A DNA stretch of 40,947 nucleotides, taken from assembly GCF_001194135.2 (NCBI RefSeq), contig NC_068981.1, positions 171,403,282 through 171,444,228 of the forward strand. The letters are read 5' to 3'. Of this stretch, positions 11,911 through 25,113 are shown in pieces. The notes below the pieces were generated by a model, which worked only from the letters and a program-made list of their open reading frames with translations, had not been told where the DNA came from and searched no databases. The number at the start of each line of letters is the position of its first letter. Position 1 is the first letter of the stretch. The translations under genes and the position numbers were made by a program. This DNA is from Octopus bimaculoides (taxonomy: Eukaryota).

Positions 11911-12643
11911 CTTCTTCCTTCTCACTCATCCTCTGTCTCTGTCTTTCCCTCTCCTTCTGTCTCTACCTGTATCCCTATATTTTTTTCTCTTTCTCTCCCT
12001 CTCTTTTTCTCTCTCTCCTTCTCTCTCTTCTTTTTCTGTTGCACTTTATGTCTCAATTTTTCTTTTTACTGGCATTTAGTATATTTCAATTTTTAGCTGT
12101 TTTAACACTGGGATATTTGTATATTCTGAATATTGCATTTCGATTACTCGTCATTATTTAAGCAATAAATAAATAAATATTAAAAATAAATAAATAAATA
12201 TTAAAATAAATAAATATGACAAATAAATACAAATAATTTGTTTCCTGAAGCTCTCATTGATCTTTCATAACGAAAGGGCAATTAAGTAGCTGATACCCTA
12301 CAGCCTAGGACTATATGTCTTACGTATTCAGTTTCGTCCTTCTATATTCTGAATCTAAATCAAATCATGATCGATAAAATAAAGTCGAATTAATTGAAAT
12401 CAAACTCATAGCCCTATTTTAATAAAAGAAATTCCAGTAATCCTTATTGTTAAACAGTGGCAGATAACAGATTAGTTGGATCAGTGCAGGAAATTAATGT
12501 CACCGGTTTTAACACTACCTCGCGGTCCTTGGGTGCAATTGACATAGCCAAATTTGACCATATTTGTTCCGTTCCTTCTAACATTATCAGGAATCCTAAA
12601 AGGTGTCACTTGTGCTATTTTGTTATGTCCCTTAACTGGTAAA

Positions 12644-12768
12644 GGTGCATAGCCTAAGGATTAACGATACTGCACTCGTGATCGCCAGATCGTGGGTTTG
12701 ATTGCCGGAATGGGTGGTGTGGTGTTGTGTGTTCTTGAGCAAAACACTTAATTTCTCGTTGCTCTAGT
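12644..12768 (+). mobile_element. Degenerate tRNA-derived SINE, 5' part
   Basis: Decayed A box (TAGCCTAAGG) and B box (GGTTTGATTGCC), then GTTGTGTGTTCTTGAGCAAAACACTTAATTTCTCGTTGCTCTAG. The last block is clearly homologous to GTTGTGTTCATGGGCAAAACATTTCATTTCACGTCGCTCCAG in the copy near 32.8 kb. Confidence 0.7.
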
Positions 12769-14924
12769 GTTGTACGAGGAGTGGAATGTCAAAAAATAGA
12801 CCCCACATTTCCTCTCCGTGTGGTAAGAGGCGACTGAAATTTGAACTCCGACCTCGTAGAACTCTCATCAGCAACGACTACCCATAAAAGACCTATTGTT
12901 AGAGAGTTGGCGCCTGAGTAGTGCAAACACGTCATCTGCCAAGAGAAGGGTATCATCAGTAAAAGGTGGATGGAGTAACACGCTGTTATAGCTCATGACC
13001 CCATACTATTACTACTACTACTACTACTACTACTACTATTTAATTTCTGAGCTAAAATTCACCACATTCTCACTTGCATATCTCATTCGTTGAAAAATAT
13101 ACCGGTAGGACACAGGAGGGAATCTTTACGAGTAAAAACAGCTGCCTAATCTCGCTCAAATTTTTCTTCAGTCTCAAAAAAGTAAAGGCGTTATATTTGA
13201 CCTCCTCAAAATCACACCCTGTCTAAAACAAATAACAGAAATGACAAATTTTACATATAATCAACAGCACTCCAAATAAACCTACCCGTCTGAAGAGACG
13301 AGATGTTCACGCTTTGAATGCTTTTGACCGTTTATGTCTCTTCAGGGATGACATTTGGAGTGGAGGGGCGACCTATCAGATCGTCGGAAGGACAAAATGA
13401 AATATGTAGATAAACTTTGTGCTGCAAAAATATGGGATAATCATATTTGTATTTATTTGTCATATTTATTTATTTTTACACCATTGATCATAAATCCGAC
13501 TGATCGGAGTTAAACTAGAAGCGAAACATTTTGTCCAATGTTTCACTCTTTATCCTTTAACGAGATAAGATGAGAATTAAAAGAAATTTGCTGTCATATC
13601 TAATATGTTCAGTGACTGTAATGTTGTCGTTATAGATCCTGGTCAACTCTGATAGGACACATCTACGATTGAAGGAGTCGAGCCTTTTCGTCTGGATAGA
13701 GATCCTTGAGACGCATTATTCAACTATTCGGTTTTTAAGAATGTAGGATGCAATTTTAAGGGGCATTTAACCATTATTCCGAGCTGAATGGCGTGATCGT
13801 TGAACTGTTGATGAAACCATGATATTCTGAAATCTGGTGACCTAATTTCCTTAATTTGTTTTAATTTGGCAATATACAATTCTACTCTATAGTCAAGATG
13901 ACATATATTGATGCGAACATGTACGTATGAAAAAGGTCGCGACACAGTAGGAACCCTATGGAAGTCACGTAATTAAATAAACCTATATTCGTCCCTCATA
14001 CCTTCTGACTTGATGTTATTTTTTATATACACCTCATGGAATAATATTATCGGAATATCTGAATTACTTTGTGGCCTGATAGCTGAGTCCGTACGAGGAC
14101 CTTATTATGATACCCGAATATTTTTCCTGAATCCATATCCTATACAATCCATTGATATATATATATATATGTTTGCACATGTTCATACAGTACAAATATA
14201 TAAAATTGTCAATTTCATAAGATATTCAACAGGATTCTTGACTTCAAAACTTATAATTTAAAAGTAGGATTTAGCCCAAATTTGAAATAATATAGTAGCA
14301 TGCTGTTTTGAAAAGTACCATAATTCTTCATTTCAAGCTGAATTGACAAACCTGCAAGCCAGGATATTTTACTGATTGAACTTTTTGTACTTATTAATTG
14401 ACGATGCAAATTTTGTCAAATTTCTTCAGACCTCACAGTGGNNNNNNNNNNNNNNNNNNNNNNNNNNNNNNNNNNNNNNNNNNNNNNNNNNNNNNNNNNN
14501 NNNNNNNNNNNNNNNNNNNNNNNNNNNNNNNNNNNNNNNNNNNNNNNNNNNNNNNNNNNNNNNNNNNNNNNNNNNNNNNNNNNNNNNNNNNNNNNNNNNN
14601 NNNNNNNNNNNNNNNNNNNNNNNNNNNNNNNNNNNNNNNNNNNNNNNNNNNNNNNNNNNNNNNNNNNNNNNNNNNNNNNNNNNNNNNNNNNNNNNNNNNN
14701 NNNNNNNNNNNNNNNNNNNNNNNNNNNNNNNNNNNNNNNNNNNNNNNNNNNNNNNNNNNNNNNNNNNNNNNNNNNNNNNNNNNNNNNNNNNNNNNNNNNN
14801 NNNNNNNNNNNNNNNNNNNNNNNNNNNNNNNNNNNNNNNNNNNNNNNNNNNNNNNNNNNNNNNNNNNNNNNNNNNNNNNNNNNNNNNNNNNNNNNNNNNN
14901 NNNNNNNNNNNNNNNNNNNNNNNN

Positions 14925-14960
<36 letters not shown>

Positions 14961-15367
14961 GGTGGTTTAAGCTCAAGTTTACCGTTCCTTTGTGTCAAGA
15001 TATATAAAATTGCTTCTATTCAGTCTCTGGATGGATTTACTAAATAAATTGAAGAGTAAGTGGATGCTTTATTGTACTTAAATTGCACGTGTCATGTTCA
15101 CAAATAGCTGATTTCTGTTCCCAAGTATTTTCCGTTTGCCCTCCATCAATAGAGTAGTTACTGCGAAATACTGCAGCTGCTCCAAATGTTAGTCAATATC
15201 CACTTCAATACAACTGGATCACAACAGCGCGAATAGAAATGGATATTATAACTTGCATATGAGAAAGCAGGAATAGTACAGCACTCTACTATGAAATTGA
15301 TATTTTTTAATATCACTGTCCCTTGTTAAATATTGAGTTTTAATTTTTATTTCGCTTGCGCCATATA

Positions 15368-17021
15368 CTAGCTGTGGTACCCGACGTTGCTCGGGGTGTG
15401 TACGCTTCGTCATTCTAAGAGCACTTATTTTCTAGTCTAACGACCAGCACTGCCGAAGCTTTTTTTAAAAAACGTACAGAATTCCATGCCACAATGTACC
15501 AAAAATTCACAAAAACGTACAAAATATTTTTGAAATATGTCACAACCGCAAAATAAAGAAAAATACCAGTTTTTCTTATAAAATTTAAAATATATTGAGG
15601 AAAATACATATAAAAAAAAAGAATATTGAAATTCAAAATCTGTAAAACGTACAATACAGTCATTTTTTCGGTAAACACATGCAAAACTGTACTGCACGAA
15701 GTGCAAAAAATTTAGAGAGAGAAAATGGAGAAAATGGGTTGAAATCTGCTGAATTTTATAGAGAAAAACCCATGTAAAATAACGTTGTTCAAGGTTTCTC
15801 GCTATAAGCTGGAGCTTTGGACAAAATGTTATTGCGCATGACCAACCTTGGCACATCTGCAATGTGTGTGTAAAGTTTGGTGAAAATCGGTTGAAAGCTG
15901 TAGAAATGTATGCGCACTACACAGACGCAAGCACACAGATATTTGTTGGGAGAACGTACAAATATCGTAAAGACAAAAATATTTCCGCACAACAAAATTG
16001 AAATAAATTGAAGTCAATTTTTAGGCAGATATGGCAAAATTGAATTTAAATACACTGGGTGAACAAAAATGAAAAATAACAATTATTTTTCAGGGAGAAC
16101 GTACAAAAACCGTAAGAACAGAGATTTTTACGCACGACTAATTTAAATAGAAGGAAGTCAATTTGTAGACAGAACTTACAAAGCTCGTTTGAGTGTATAA
16201 TGCTCTAGAAGAAAAGAATTTCAGTGAAAAAACTTGAGCCGCTGTGGGAAAGCTTTTTATAACGCATGACAGCTCAGCGAAGTGGTTGAAATCTCATTTT
16301 TCGATAGAGGGAGAGTTGTAAATAGTGTATTTAATTAGACGGAGTGCAAAAAAACTCAAAATAAGTAATGTTGTAGGGAGAACGTACCAATACCGTAAAT
16401 ACAAAGATGCTTACGCACGAAAAGAACTGAAATACACTGGAGTCAATTTTTAGGCAGATGAGGCAAAACTGAATTTAAACTCATTGGGTGATCAAAAATT
16501 AAAAATAACTAAATTATTTTTCAGGGAGAACGTACAAAAACGGTAAGAACAGAGATTTGTATGCATGACTAATTGAAATGCACGGAAGAGATTTATAGAC
16601 AGAAGTTAGTGTGTGAGTGACTTAAAGAGCGAGAGAGAGAGAGAGGGAGAAACAGACATAGACTAAAATAGAGGAACTATTGCAGGGGTGAGAGAAAATA
16701 TGTATAAGCGAGAAAAACAGAGAATGAGAAAAAGAGAGAGAAGTGAGAAATAAGCAGAGAGAGAAAAAGAAGAGAATCGATTCAAAATTGCAGAAGTTTT
16801 TAGAGTGAAAAACGTGGAAAACATCATTTTTCACGGTTTCTCGCTTTACGCGAGAGCTCTGGGAAAAATGTTATAGTGCATGACCATCCTTGGTACATAA
16901 GTAATGTGCGTGTAAAGTTTGGTGAAAATTGGTTGAAAACTCTAGAAATGCATACGTACTACACACACAGACATACACACGCACACATCCATTGTTATAT
17001 ATATATATATATATATATATA
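15368..17021 (-). mobile_element. Non-autonomous Helitron with a duplicated sub-terminal module and internal tandem repeats
   Basis: The minus-strand 3' end has the hairpin CCCGA-GCAACG-TCGGG (15395-15380), then 8 nt, then CTAG followed by T, which is the canonical Helitron terminus. The other end has a microsatellite-containing module running into (TA)n and an N-gap, so the 5' TC is not visible. Confidence 0.8.
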
Positions 17022-17541
17022 NNNNNNNNNNNNNNNNNNNNNNNNNNNNNNNNNNNNNNNNNNNNNNNNNNNNNNNNNNNNNNNNNNNNNNNNNNNNNNN
17101 NNNNNNNNNNNNNNNNNNNNNNNNNNNNNNNNNNNNNNNNNNNNNNNNNNNNNNNNNNNNNNNNNNNNNNNNNNNNNNNNNNNNNNNNNNNNNNNNNNNG
17201 TAAGAATAAAACAATTGTATTATCTCAAAATATAAAGGGGTCTTTGCAAATTACATTTCTAAACTATCTTCTTTTATAACTTTTCTTGTTCTTTCGTTGA
17301 CTTTTATCCTCATATAAAATATTTTACTTGTAGGAGGAAGAATCGGAATAAGAAGAGAAAGCAACATGGAAGAGGAATAGAAAATATGAATTGAGGGATA
17401 TTGATAATGTTGAAGTGTTAAAAATACATATAATATTAAGATTGTGACAGTACATTGCTGCATTATAGTATCAGCTGAAGAGGTAAAAAGAGATGAAACA
17501 TTTATGATTGGCAATATCAATCTATTTTATTTAAATCCAAA

Positions 17542-17638
17542 GGATGTGCAGTTTGAATTATTGCAGATTAATAGAAGATAAGGATGTTCAATTTGATAGA
17601 ATGTTCAATTTGAATTATTGAAGATTAATGGAAGATAA
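17542..17638. repeat. Short imperfect tandem duplication (~40 bp unit, ~57 bp period)
   Basis: GGATGTGCAGTTTGAATTATTGCAGATTAATAGAAGATAA versus GAATGTTCAATTTGAATTATTGAAGATTAATGGAAGATAA, with a partial copy between them. Confidence 0.8.
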
Positions 17639-18193
17639 AATATAGTCGATGAAAATGGATGGATGCAGTCGTATGGAGAAATGGCTTGGATAAGTGTTTA
17701 GTACATTAAATTATGGATTGTGAGAAAATCAAATGAACATATCTACTACGTTGATCGATCAATCACGATGATATATAGCAGAAAACATCGTCTATGGTAA
17801 AGAAAAACATTCAACCATACTGTTTCATCGTAAAACAGATTGCCAACGTCTAAATAATATAGCATCGTAATCATATACACTTTTTTTAATATAAGTAATT
17901 TAATATATTTTATAGAATATACTGCAAAATTCTTGTCGCATTCAGCGAAAAGTGCTGTAATTTATCTCACAGCAGCTTGTTGACAAGAGTTTCAGTAAGA
18001 ACGTAATTTAAACATTTGAGCCTAATTTATGAAGCCGTATTTATTCACTTAGCAGATTACTAGCATTTCTCTGTATTCTTTGTCTCCTATTTTATTATAT
18101 TTTTTATGATGTTGATGTTTAACTATAGATCAGCAATGATTGAAAAGACTGTGTGATCGTGCTGTCTCCTATACACACACGCACACACACACT

Positions 18194-18231
<38 letters not shown>

Positions 18232-18241
18232 NNNNNNNNNN

Positions 18242-18275
<34 letters not shown>
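18194..18275. repeat. (GATA)n microsatellite
   Basis: Direct reading; contains a short N run. Confidence 0.95.
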
Positions 18276-19161
18276 TGTATATACATATGTATGTACACGT
18301 GTGTGTGCGCGTGTATCAGTGACTACATTGCTACAATGTGTTTTTTTTTGAGGGGGAGTTGGCTGTTTTTTGTAGGTTGAGTGATCACGTAAAGTCCCAA
18401 AGAACCAATGATGTCGAGAACACACTCCACAAAAAAAAAAGAGACTCAGAAAATTAAAATCATATAACCTAATTCTAGAGTTAGAAATCAATATTTTATG
18501 CATCCTTCTCGGTTTCACTGCCAAGTGAACATGAGAAAGAATGAGTCAGGAGCACATGACATCATTTTATAAGTATAGTTGATCCAATATAAAAGCCAAT
18601 TGAACAACCACATAGTTGAAAATGAATACATAGTTGATAATGTAAATTGTCCGCTTAGTCGTTCTACAATGATGCTATCGAACTAATAAGTTCTCGAATG
18701 TGTATTGTCTTGAACAGATATTCTGAATGTTAAACGTTATTTCACAAAAGCCACACTTTGATAAGGTTCCTTCAGTGTGGTAGTAATAGCGTTCAAGGAG
18801 AACATTCAAGAAGACATAAAAGCAATATTCAGTTGTTTCTCGCTAAATTTATTCAATATTTCGTCAAAGTTAATAGGAAACCTAAGATTTAGTAAATTAA
18901 ATACTTCTTGATTTTCTCAGCCATTGAATAACTTAATCACTTTTTATCTCGTATTTTCATCTCTATTTCCATACGGTTTAATGTATTCAGAATATAAAAT
19001 AGGAATTTGCATCATACAATTTTAAACTAACTAATCTAACAGCTGATATCTAAATTATGTTTATATCGATTGTATGTTAATTGGAAATACAGTGCGTTTT
19101 ATTGCTTCCACTTTTAGCATAGGAACAGAGTCACATTAAATTGTAGTCAAATTTGGATATA

Positions 19162-19487
19162 CAAGCGTTGGACAAAATAATGGAAACACCTTAAAATTTC
19201 AAACAAATTTATTTTGATATGGCGTAGGACCGCCTTTGGCTGTAATTACAGCTTGAATTCTACTAGATATGGACTCGTACAAAGCTTGAATTGTTTCCAA
19301 AGGACTTTTTGTCCATTCTTCAGCTAAAACAGTTTCTAGTTCTTGTAGTGATGATGGTGGAGGATATCGACTCCTTAATTGTTTTTTTTTCTAAAATGCA
19401 CCATAAATATTCAACAATATTGAGATTTGTGGACTATGGTGGCCAGATAAGATGTTCAACTTCACTAGAATGTTCCTGCTACTGACG
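19162..19487 (-). mobile_element. Tc1-family transposon, 3' fragment with one terminal inverted repeat
   Basis: TA followed by CAAGCGTTGGACAAAATAATGGAAACACC terminus. Minus translation: 'EHLIWPP*STNLNIVEYLWCILE..RYPPPSSLQELETVLAEEW..ETIQALYESISSRIQAVITAKGGPTPY'. Confidence 0.85.
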
Positions 19488-20254
19488 TCTGTTTAGGAAT
19501 CTAACTACTGTGTTACCGTGCCAGATAATCCTTTTTGCGAAATTCTCCAATAATAGTTATCAATAGGTATCCACGAGAACACTCTATCATTCAGAACCAT
19601 AGGTGGTTGTAGCTCCGTCGAGACTCTGTGGTACACTAGTAAATATGATCAATTCCTCCGGCATGTGGGAAGTAGCTACTGTCGCTACCTAGCTTCATGA
19701 CGTATTATATTAGCATAAACAGTGATAAGAAACCTCTATTGTCTCTAAAGGAGACAGCTCTTGCTGCCATAAAGTTTGGTGAAGTTTCTCCAAGATACCT
19801 TCAAATTTATTATACAGTTACAGTTTAGTTTCTGAGTTAATCAATAATCAAATATGTAAAACTAATTACCATGTAAATGATCAATTTCATGTATACACAC
19901 ATAAACCCACATACATACATGCATATATATTTGTATGAATATATGAATATATNNNNNNNNNNNNNNNNNNNNNNNNNNNNNNNNNNNNNNNNNNNNNNNN
20001 NNNNNNNNNNNNNNNNNNNNNNNNNNNNNNNNNNNNNNNNNNNNNNNNNNNNNNNNNNNNNNNNNNNNNNNNNNNNNNNNNNNNNNNNNNNNNNNNNNNN
20101 NNNNNNNNNNNNNNNNNNNNNNNNNNNNNNNNNNNNNNNNNNNNNNNNNNNNNNNNNNNNNNNNNNNNNNNNNNNNNNNNNNNNNNNNNNNNNNNNNNNN
20201 NNNNNNNNNNNNNNNNNNNNNNNNNNNNNNNNNNNNNNNNNNNNNNNNNNNNNN

Positions 20255-20287
<33 letters not shown>

Positions 20288-22166
20288 GGAAACGCAATTG
20301 CACGTACACTAATCAACCATAATAATACTAACAATACACCTGTTCTGAAATATATCAAACAAATATCATAGTTTCCATGGTACTTCGGATTCCTGTAAAT
20401 AATTTGAATCATTGAGACACAATTGAGGAATCTGTTACATACAGTGTATCCTGTGAAACTCAGTTTGCATAAGCCTATTCGTCTCCACGCTCAAAATGCA
20501 GAGATTTTTTAAACTGTCACTTCAGACAAATGCAATGAAGTACAAGACTAGCTGCTATGAGCAGTGCTAGCTTCGAGACATTGAAGCGTTAAAACTGCGC
20601 TTTTTATATTCAGTTCTGTCTTATCCTCTGAACATAATATATATAAGATGCTTATTCTTTTTTTCAAGTCTTTCTTTTCTGTATCTAAATTAGAGTGGTG
20701 TAACTGATCAATCATGTAATTCTTCTGTTGAATTTCAATACAGGACGGTGGCAAAGCAGATAAGGCACTGCGACTTCAGTTTATCGCCTATTTTTCTAAT
20801 TTACCATCATTGAAAGATTATCTAGAGAGTAAAGTCTTAGAGTATGTGTCCCTGAGCATTAAATAAGAGGATATCGGAACAAAAATACAAGACTTTCACA
20901 GTTTGAATATTTTCATAATAAATCCATATGATTAAGTCTAATCTGGGGATAAACAAATACAACAGCAACAACAGCAGATATAATTGTGATTTTTAAAATT
21001 TTACAAAACATCCTTCGCGTCAAATGACGGATCCTCTCTCTCTATGATTATGCGGGCTGCTAGAAAGAGGAGATAATGACTCTCTGAAATTGCATACTAG
21101 CATTAAATAGCAGAAAAATATTGGACAATGAAATCTTAGACTTACCTCATAAAAAAGATTAGACGGAGAGAGAATGATTGCGTTTAATCACGTAATCAGT
21201 CTGTCAGAGTTAATCTAAGGCTAACAACTACAATAGAAAGTTCTCCTAATGAATAAAAGAATGAATAGCTTCGCAAAGGATAACGAAATAAACAAAATAT
21301 TTCTTTTTACAAAATATACCTCTTCTATATAAGCTGGCCACTAGGAAGACGGCCAGACAGTAGAAACTCTAAAATAGCAACAAATTCCGATTAATGATTT
21401 TAAAAGAAAATTTGAATATTTTCCTCCTTGTAAGTTCGCATTATTTCAATTTAATTATATGGAAATATTTAACATTGTTCAGATTCCTCTAAGAAGATCC
21501 GGAATGTTTATTCATTTGATCGCTATCTATATTTCTATCTATCTATCGTTCTATTTATCTATATTTACCTTTTTTCATTTTTTCTCTTCTTTTTTCAAAT
21601 ATTTATATCGTATAACTTTACGCTGTCATAGTCTTATGTTGATTTAAGCTGTGTCACTGTATTTGTATTTCATCCTCCTCTACTTCCCTCTCCCTCTCTT
21701 TCTGTTTCTCTCTCAACCCAGTTCTATCTCTTCCGAATTTTCCTAACAATTACCACTGTTGTTGTTATTGCTGTTTTTTTGTTTTTTTTTCAACAGAATC
21801 TCTAGTTTGCTACAGTTACAAGTACATAAAGAAAGTCTTTCACAACGATAAAAAAGCAATCCTGATTCTTTTAGAATATCTAAATTACAAACCAGTTTTA
21901 GTTGTTGGCTGCATAAAATCTAATTATTTTAGATATTTGAGAATCCAGTGAATCATGATATTCAAACATAGACAGTTTTTCTTGTGCAACGATTAGGTCG
22001 ATAAAATAAAAGAGCCAGTCATAATCTAGTGTCTACTAAACAAGTGTCTATAGTTTTCCCCTACTCTGCTACATTGGCTCCTTCACACATGAAAAGATAA
22101 GTTTAAATCATTCGTCCTGGTTGTGTTATATATATATATATATTAATCTTTAGCAAGAATATATTG

Positions 22167-22211
22167 ACAGTGACTTCGAAGTTTCGGCCAGCTAAGCCAT
22201 CATCGGACTGT
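22167..22211 (-). ncRNA. Minimal type-I hammerhead ribozyme motif (U4C core substitution)
   Basis: ACAGT-CCGATGA-T-GGC(TTAGCTG)GCC-GAA-ACTTCGAAGT-C|ACTGT: perfect 5 bp helix I, palindromic helix III, GUC cleavage triplet. Confidence 0.75.
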
Positions 22212-23000
22212 AATGCATTAAGTTAGTCTTGGCTTCATAATTCTCTGTTGAGATAAAATTTTCTTCTGGCGTTTATAGCGTTCACTTGAATGGTAATTAG
22301 AGTGAGACGGGGAGGTGCTGCCGAAAAAGTTTTATTGATCAAATGTTATTCAGAATGTATTCATGTGTAACTTTGTAAGCAGGTGTATATATTTAGGCCT
22401 GTCAACTTCAGGTCACAGGATTGCTTTTAGTGGTTCACAAAATGGAAGTATGTAGGCAGTTTGGGGTCAGTGGTCGTGTCGGTAGTTTAACTTATTTTTT
22501 GGTTTTATTGCATTTAATCCATTGCATTGGCAATGTAAAGATAAAAGTTCAAAGTTTAGTCCAGCATTCAATGACTTATAAATTGGGTGTGTCAACTTTT
22601 TATAATGAAATTTTTAAGAGTTCACAAAATAATGTAATTAGGTGATATAATTTTGGCCGGACAATACTTTCTTTACTTGTTCGTAATATCGTTTAGGAGA
22701 TTTCCTGCATGTATTTGGAAGGTGGAAGTTCTCAATCGTGTATGTTGTTAGTACAGAAATTTGCTTACCTTGTGCTTTCATGCTTACAATAGGATATAGG
22801 TAGGTGTAAAGAATATTTGTCAGTATAATTCACTCTAGGGATTCGTTGTTCTGTATGCAATTTGATCACTATGTAGAAATTTGTAATCTTTCTATTTTCT
22901 TGGGGCGGTGTTTGTGGGCAATGTGTTTATAAATATTTCTTCAATTTTGTTTCAAATGTGGGTAATTTATAATATATTACTCTAGACCTGTGGATATATG
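22167..23000 (-). mobile_element. Probable heavily decayed Penelope-like element 3' region
   Basis: Hammerhead motif at the 3' end, with traces of a C-terminal 'EENFI..KPRL' just upstream. The coding signal is otherwise nearly erased and the upstream boundary is uncertain. Confidence 0.35.
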
Positions 23001-24636
23001 CAAAAGTAGGGCATTTCATGATAGACTTACTCCGGACGACGGACTAAGTCTACCACGAAAAACTCAGAACGCAATGAGCCGGAGCATATACCGCAAAGCA
23101 TGAGATTCGACGGGGCAGAAATTCAGGATTCTTTTTCAAGAGACACACATGCTAAATGTATTTTTTGATGAAAATATTCAAATAGGATTTTGTGACGTTA
23201 AAGCCATATGGATTGCATTAATAGTTTAACCGAAGCTTAAAGACTGAACCTGCCTTATGAATTCGACTTGACATAAGCATAGCACGTCAAGGATGTACTC
23301 CTTGAGAACTAGATACTTTCTTCGAAATTGTTTTATTCAAGTGAACTGTCAGAAAGTGAATCCTTGATCCAGTTTCCATAGATTTCACAGAATTAGAGAA
23401 ATGTTGATAAATTGAAAATATCAACGAGTTTAACCTACAAGGCCTTAAACAGGGAATAAAATATACCACCAATGTTAGTGACTATATCAACATCATTACA
23501 ATTTGTTTCTGTATATAGAAACGGGTATATATGAAACGGTTGTTTTATATCTGATTATCTACTGTGCAAAGAACCGGATATCTCAATAATCTTACAACTC
23601 TTAGCTTGAAAAGTACAGGTAGAATAGCATCAGCGTCTCGCCTTCAATTTCTTCTGAATATATGAATATCTGAAGCTTCACATATTCTGTACTTTCCACT
23701 TGAAAATGCTGAAAATGCTTGAAACTAACAAACACCAAAAGAAAATGTTTATCATCATCATTATTTCATTTTGATATCTCATACTTGTCTTCTGTCTTTA
23801 AATAAATATATAGTTTCCTTACATTAATTATAATTAATGGCTTCTTGTATTCTTTAAATTAATAGGTTATTCACAATTTCCTTTAACCTCTTCTCTGTAT
23901 ATTGTCAAAAATGATTCTCTTGTATATTATGATAGATGTCTTATGAATGCTGCCAACAGTAGTCTTCTTAATCAATATTGAAATTTGAACTTTACGCTTT
24001 ACAGAAAGCAAACTACTTAATAACGTTAAGAGTCTCCTACAGACTTAGAATCAATTTCTGTTTTGGGCAGAAGAGGAGTAAGTAGTGAATGATTCACTCC
24101 TCCTTGATTACTGTCATTAATCGTATTAATCTCAGATAAATAAAAAGAAAGCAAACTTCCTGAGATATTTCGATTCAAACTTGGGAACTGAAACCTGTAC
24201 AGTTGCAATTATCTCTTTTCATGTTATTAATACAAAAACAATGAGCAGTGAGCACTATGAATTAACTTTCCTAAATATTGTTTAAAACTCTTCAATAATA
24301 TTATCATGAAAATTTCAATTAAAACTTATACGAATAGGATATCGAGCGTAATCTTAGATTGGTAAAATGCCAGTAATTGCAGGAGGGGTACATAATCTCT
24401 TAAATAAATTTCACTTCATTAGTTGCAGCGGTTTTATTGATATTGCAGTGACGAAGATAAAGCCGATTCCAAAGGTGTTTGAACGAAAAACTCAAAGCGA
24501 TAGATCTAAATACTGCAAGAAATAATTGAGAGCAATCTGCCGATTCTCTTTCTACACTGTGCTATGAATAGTACTTACAATATTGCCATCTAAGCATAAA
24601 ATAATAACAATCATGCAATTGCTTAAATCTTGAGTG

Positions 24637-24650
24637 CCTGTGTGTGTGTG

Positions 24651-24738
<88 letters not shown>
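24637..24738. repeat. (TG)n microsatellite
   Basis: Direct reading. Confidence 0.97.
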
Positions 24739-24739
<1 letters not shown>

Positions 24740-25067
24740 TAGTACGTCAAATATCTGCTCCTTGGTGCTTAAATTCCGCGGGGAATTTTGACGCCACGAC
24801 AGACGATTTTCGTGTGCTACAATCTATCTATATGTGTGCTTATATGAGAGGATCTCTCAAGGCTAATAAACACAATATGCTGTGTTCTACGAAGACATCA
24901 GTATTAAGTTAGATATAAAGATTACATTTTGTTATTAATACTGCTACCGTCGCTAAAATTAGTTATTCATAAGACTGCCGGCTATTTGCGACATCAGTGT
25001 CTGAAAAGATTCTGATATTCTATATATCGTAGAAGCGAAATTTGGCTGGCATGTGATGACCGGATGC

Positions 25068-25113
25068 TTCACACTGACGATTTCCAGTAGAATGAAATTA
25101 CGTGATGTGTGAA
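25068..25113 (+). ncRNA. Minimal type-I hammerhead ribozyme motif (degenerate, G at the cleavage position)
   Basis: TTCACA-CTGACGA-TTTC(CAGTA)GAAT-GAA-ATTACGTGAT-G|TGTGAA: perfect 6 bp helix I, extended by CCGGA/TCCGG, with an intact CUGANGA and GAAA core. Confidence 0.65.

Noticed and set aside
12457-12642. 61-aa ORF, also open on the opposite strand, with a faint 'DIAKFD' RT-like look
   Set aside because: Insufficient similarity to any family I can name.
14065-14110. TGAGTCC-GTACGA-GGAC resembling a classical hammerhead helix II
   Set aside because: No GAAA follows and helices I and III are absent.
15948-16620. CRISPR-like repeat-spacer array
   Set aside because: The context is eukaryotic, the sequences between the motifs are homologous to each other rather than unique, and no cas genes are present.
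23028-23086. Possible fifth hammerhead family (CTCC-GGACGA-C-GGAC/GTCT..GAAA..CTCA/TGAG-CC-GGAG)
   Set aside because: It needs several core repairs and indels. It is plausible as a decayed copy but cannot be supported without a family consensus.
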